Source: Lama guanicoe (lineage: Eukaryota). From it: a stretch of DNA of 64,000 nt. The notes beneath the pieces are model-generated. The model made no database searches and was not told where the DNA came from. It was given only the letters and a program-made list of their open reading frames with translations. Shown one piece after another: positions 61,726-64,000 of the stretch (positions are counted from its first letter, which is position 1; every line of letters begins with the position of its first letter). The translations under genes and the position numbers were made by a program. Where the stretch lies: NCBI GenBank assembly GCA_013239625.1, contig MU054466.1, positions 5,047,770 through 5,111,769 of the forward strand, written 5' to 3'.

Positions 61726-63149
61726 GGGCCAAGCTCGAGAGCCCCTGCAGCAGGTGAGAGGAAGGCGGCCTCTAAGTCTGAGCTACTCTCGTATGGATTT
61801 ATTTTCTATCACATGTGGGTAAACTAGGAGTCTAGTACATTTGGGGAACAGAGAGACAAAACAAAAGCACAAGCTCCTAGAATTCTTAAAGAAATCAGGG
61901 TGGACTGTGAGATATGCAAATTAGGAAGGTCTGAAAGGTCTGTGTCCCCTCTCCAGTGTGCATTCTGTTTTCTGAAGCTTGCATTTGGGAGGAGACTGAG
62001 CAGTGGCCAGGAGGAACTGTCTGCCTCTCTTACAGAGTCTAACGAAATGGGGAGAGATAGAAACGGAACGAAGGACAAGCACGGAAGTGGCTGCACACAA
62101 CCAATCCGGAGTCGGTAAATTCTGAGACCCCCTCAGTGAGGCTGGCCCGGTGGGAAGATGGGAGCAGAGCCCCAGGGAACCTCCAACGGACAAAACATCG
62201 CACCACTGGTGGTAAAGGGAACGCTCTGAATGTCCGAAGCAGCTGCCGAGAAGCTTCTAGATTCTTGTTTCTACAATCTCCCTCGGCTCTAACTTAGCTT
62301 AGCCACATGCAAGACTGGAAAGAACCAGCGGACACGCCCCCATTTGCAAACAGGGGCTTTGAAGATGCTACTGACAACTAGTGGGTAGATGCCAGGGATG
62401 TGATTCAAAGGGGCGGAAAATCTTCTAAGACAACAGCAAGGACAAGGATTTCCTGAGATGTGTCTGACTCTCCATGAAGATTTGGGGGTTTAAAAAAAAC
62501 GAAACCCTTAAATAGCTCATCTTCCAAAAGAAAGAGATTTTGAATGGAGGTATAAGATGTTGCTGGAACGACCAACACTGCAGTGCCTGAGCTGGGCAGT
62601 AGCCCTATCCCACCAAGCAGCAGGTGGAGAGTGTGGAGAGGTCAGGACTAGATGCTCAGATTCCAGACAGCAGCCCTGTGCGCGTGCTGCTAGCACCCTC
62701 TGCTGGCCATGGGGAAGACATGTGTCCACACCGTGTACCCGACCACGGTCACAAGGTGGTAGCTCTGTGTTGTCCTAGACAGAACAGTCCAGGAAAAAGG
62801 GAGCCAAGTCAGAAGCAATTAAGCAAGAGGCACAGAACTACCAGCCGCCTCCACTGGCTCCCGTTGTTGGAAAGCTGCTTAGGATTCTCAGCCTCCACGA
62901 GCTGTAGTTGCTAAATAGCTGCTCTGTCATTCCTAAACACTGATGATCGGGGTGGGGGGTGGGGGGGATTCGGAGAAAACACCTTGAAACAGCTCAGGCC
63001 TCTCAGCAACGTGGCTTCTCAGATACACTGGGCGTAGGCGGAGAATCTGCCCCTCCCCATCGCCTGCCCTGTCCCTACTCCAGGTGGAACCCCTGCCTGC
63101 AGGGAGGTACCAGCTTTGCCCTCAGCCCACCAGGAAAAAGAACTCCTAC

Positions 63150-63230
63150 CTTTATTGAAGAACATGGAGGCCATCTGTCCCATTTCCACCCGGTCTGTGA
63201 TCTCAAAAAGGTTCGGAGATCCACGTCTCT
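63150..63230 (-). CDS. TMEM104: TMEM104 exon (exon 6 equivalent)
   Basis: cacag|AGAGA; QRRGSPNLFEITDRVEMGQMASMFFNK|gtagg. Confidence 0.93.
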
Positions 63231-63798
63231 CTGTGGAGCCAAGAGGAAAAGAAGGGAAGTGGTTTTTTCACACAAAAAGCTCCTAGAAGGAGCTGCTGAG
63301 CTCACTGACTCCTCCAGAATGACGAAGTCCCAACGGTTTCAAACTCTTGAAAAAACTTTTCCTAATGCTTCTTGCTTGAATCATTTAAAAACGTCTATAG
63401 AAGGGGATCCCAGGGACGCTCACTGTCAGGGAAGAGGGAAAGTTCAGCCCTAGTTCATCTGGACTGTGTATATGTGTGTGCGCGTGCACGCATGTATGTG
63501 TACGTATGTGTGTGTTGGGATGAAAGGAAGGAGAGAATCAGAGACCCTACATTTCCCTTGCACTTTCAGCGTGCACCAGGAGTGGAGGTTAAGGGACCCC
63601 CCCAAGCTGCAGACGTCAGTGGTGGAGCTGGCGGAGGGTGCTCTGTTGTACTGTTCCTGGTGCCTTTGTAAGAGTCAATGCTTAGGCGGGAAATGCCAGA
63701 GGGTCTCTGTAGGGAGATTCCCTGGGCCCTCTCGAAGAGGAAGGGGAACGCTGCGGACCAGAGGGAAGCACGGGCCAGCCCAGAATCCCAAGACTTAC

Positions 63799-63895
63799 GC
63801 ACAGACAGGATTGGCCGTTTCTCCGCCCGCTCGTAGTTGTCCTGGACAAGAACATCACTGTCGGAGGCCGTGGAGGAGTCGTCGTCTTCCTCCTC
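63799..63895 (-). CDS. TMEM104: TMEM104 exon (exon 5 equivalent); gene continues beyond the window
   Basis: cccag|GAGGAG; EEEDDDSSTASDSDVLVQDNYERAEKRPILSV|gtaagt. Confidence 0.92.
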
Positions 63896-64000
63896 CTGGG
63901 AGAGGGTGGGATGGGGAGAAGGATGGGAACAAGGGAAAAAGAAGGACTATGTAACTCTACAGAAACCCCCGAGAATAATGGAGAGGCTTTGTTATTTCTT

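Overview
Mammalian genomic DNA, very likely camelid (alpaca/camel), judged from a Vic-1-type tRNA-derived SINE. It is syntenic with the human FDXR-GRIN2C-TMEM104 locus. The window holds three genes. (1) The last six exons of FDXR (adrenodoxin reductase, + strand, 401-2438, AATAAA at 2737). (2) The complete GRIN2C gene (NMDA receptor GluN2C, + strand): CpG-island promoter at ~3430-4330, two candidate 5' exons, and 12 coding exons from ATG 8698 to stop 20011 ending in ESEV; one exon is partly in an N gap. (3) The last six coding exons of TMEM104/SLC38A12 (- strand, 63895 to 25056), convergent with GRIN2C, with 13 kb and 20 kb introns. All splice junctions were read by eye; they are GT-AG and phase-consistent. 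The rest is intron/UTR with old MIR, L2, L1, MER and MLT repeats and three ~132-nt N gaps. I found no convincing wholly new gene or system. The strongest new-looking signal is an ATG in the upstream GRIN2C exon that would be in frame with the main start after splicing, adding a 26-aa Arg-rich, presequence-like N-terminal extension, whereas the alternative 5' exon carries two overlapping uORFs. Other points of interest are an extended CTCF site between the FDXR polyA site and the GRIN2C promoter, unusual 3' splice-site architectures, palindromic or converging polyA hexamers between GRIN2C and TMEM104, and lysosomal sorting motifs in TMEM104. Comparisons with human or rodent sequences are from memory and need alignment to confirm.
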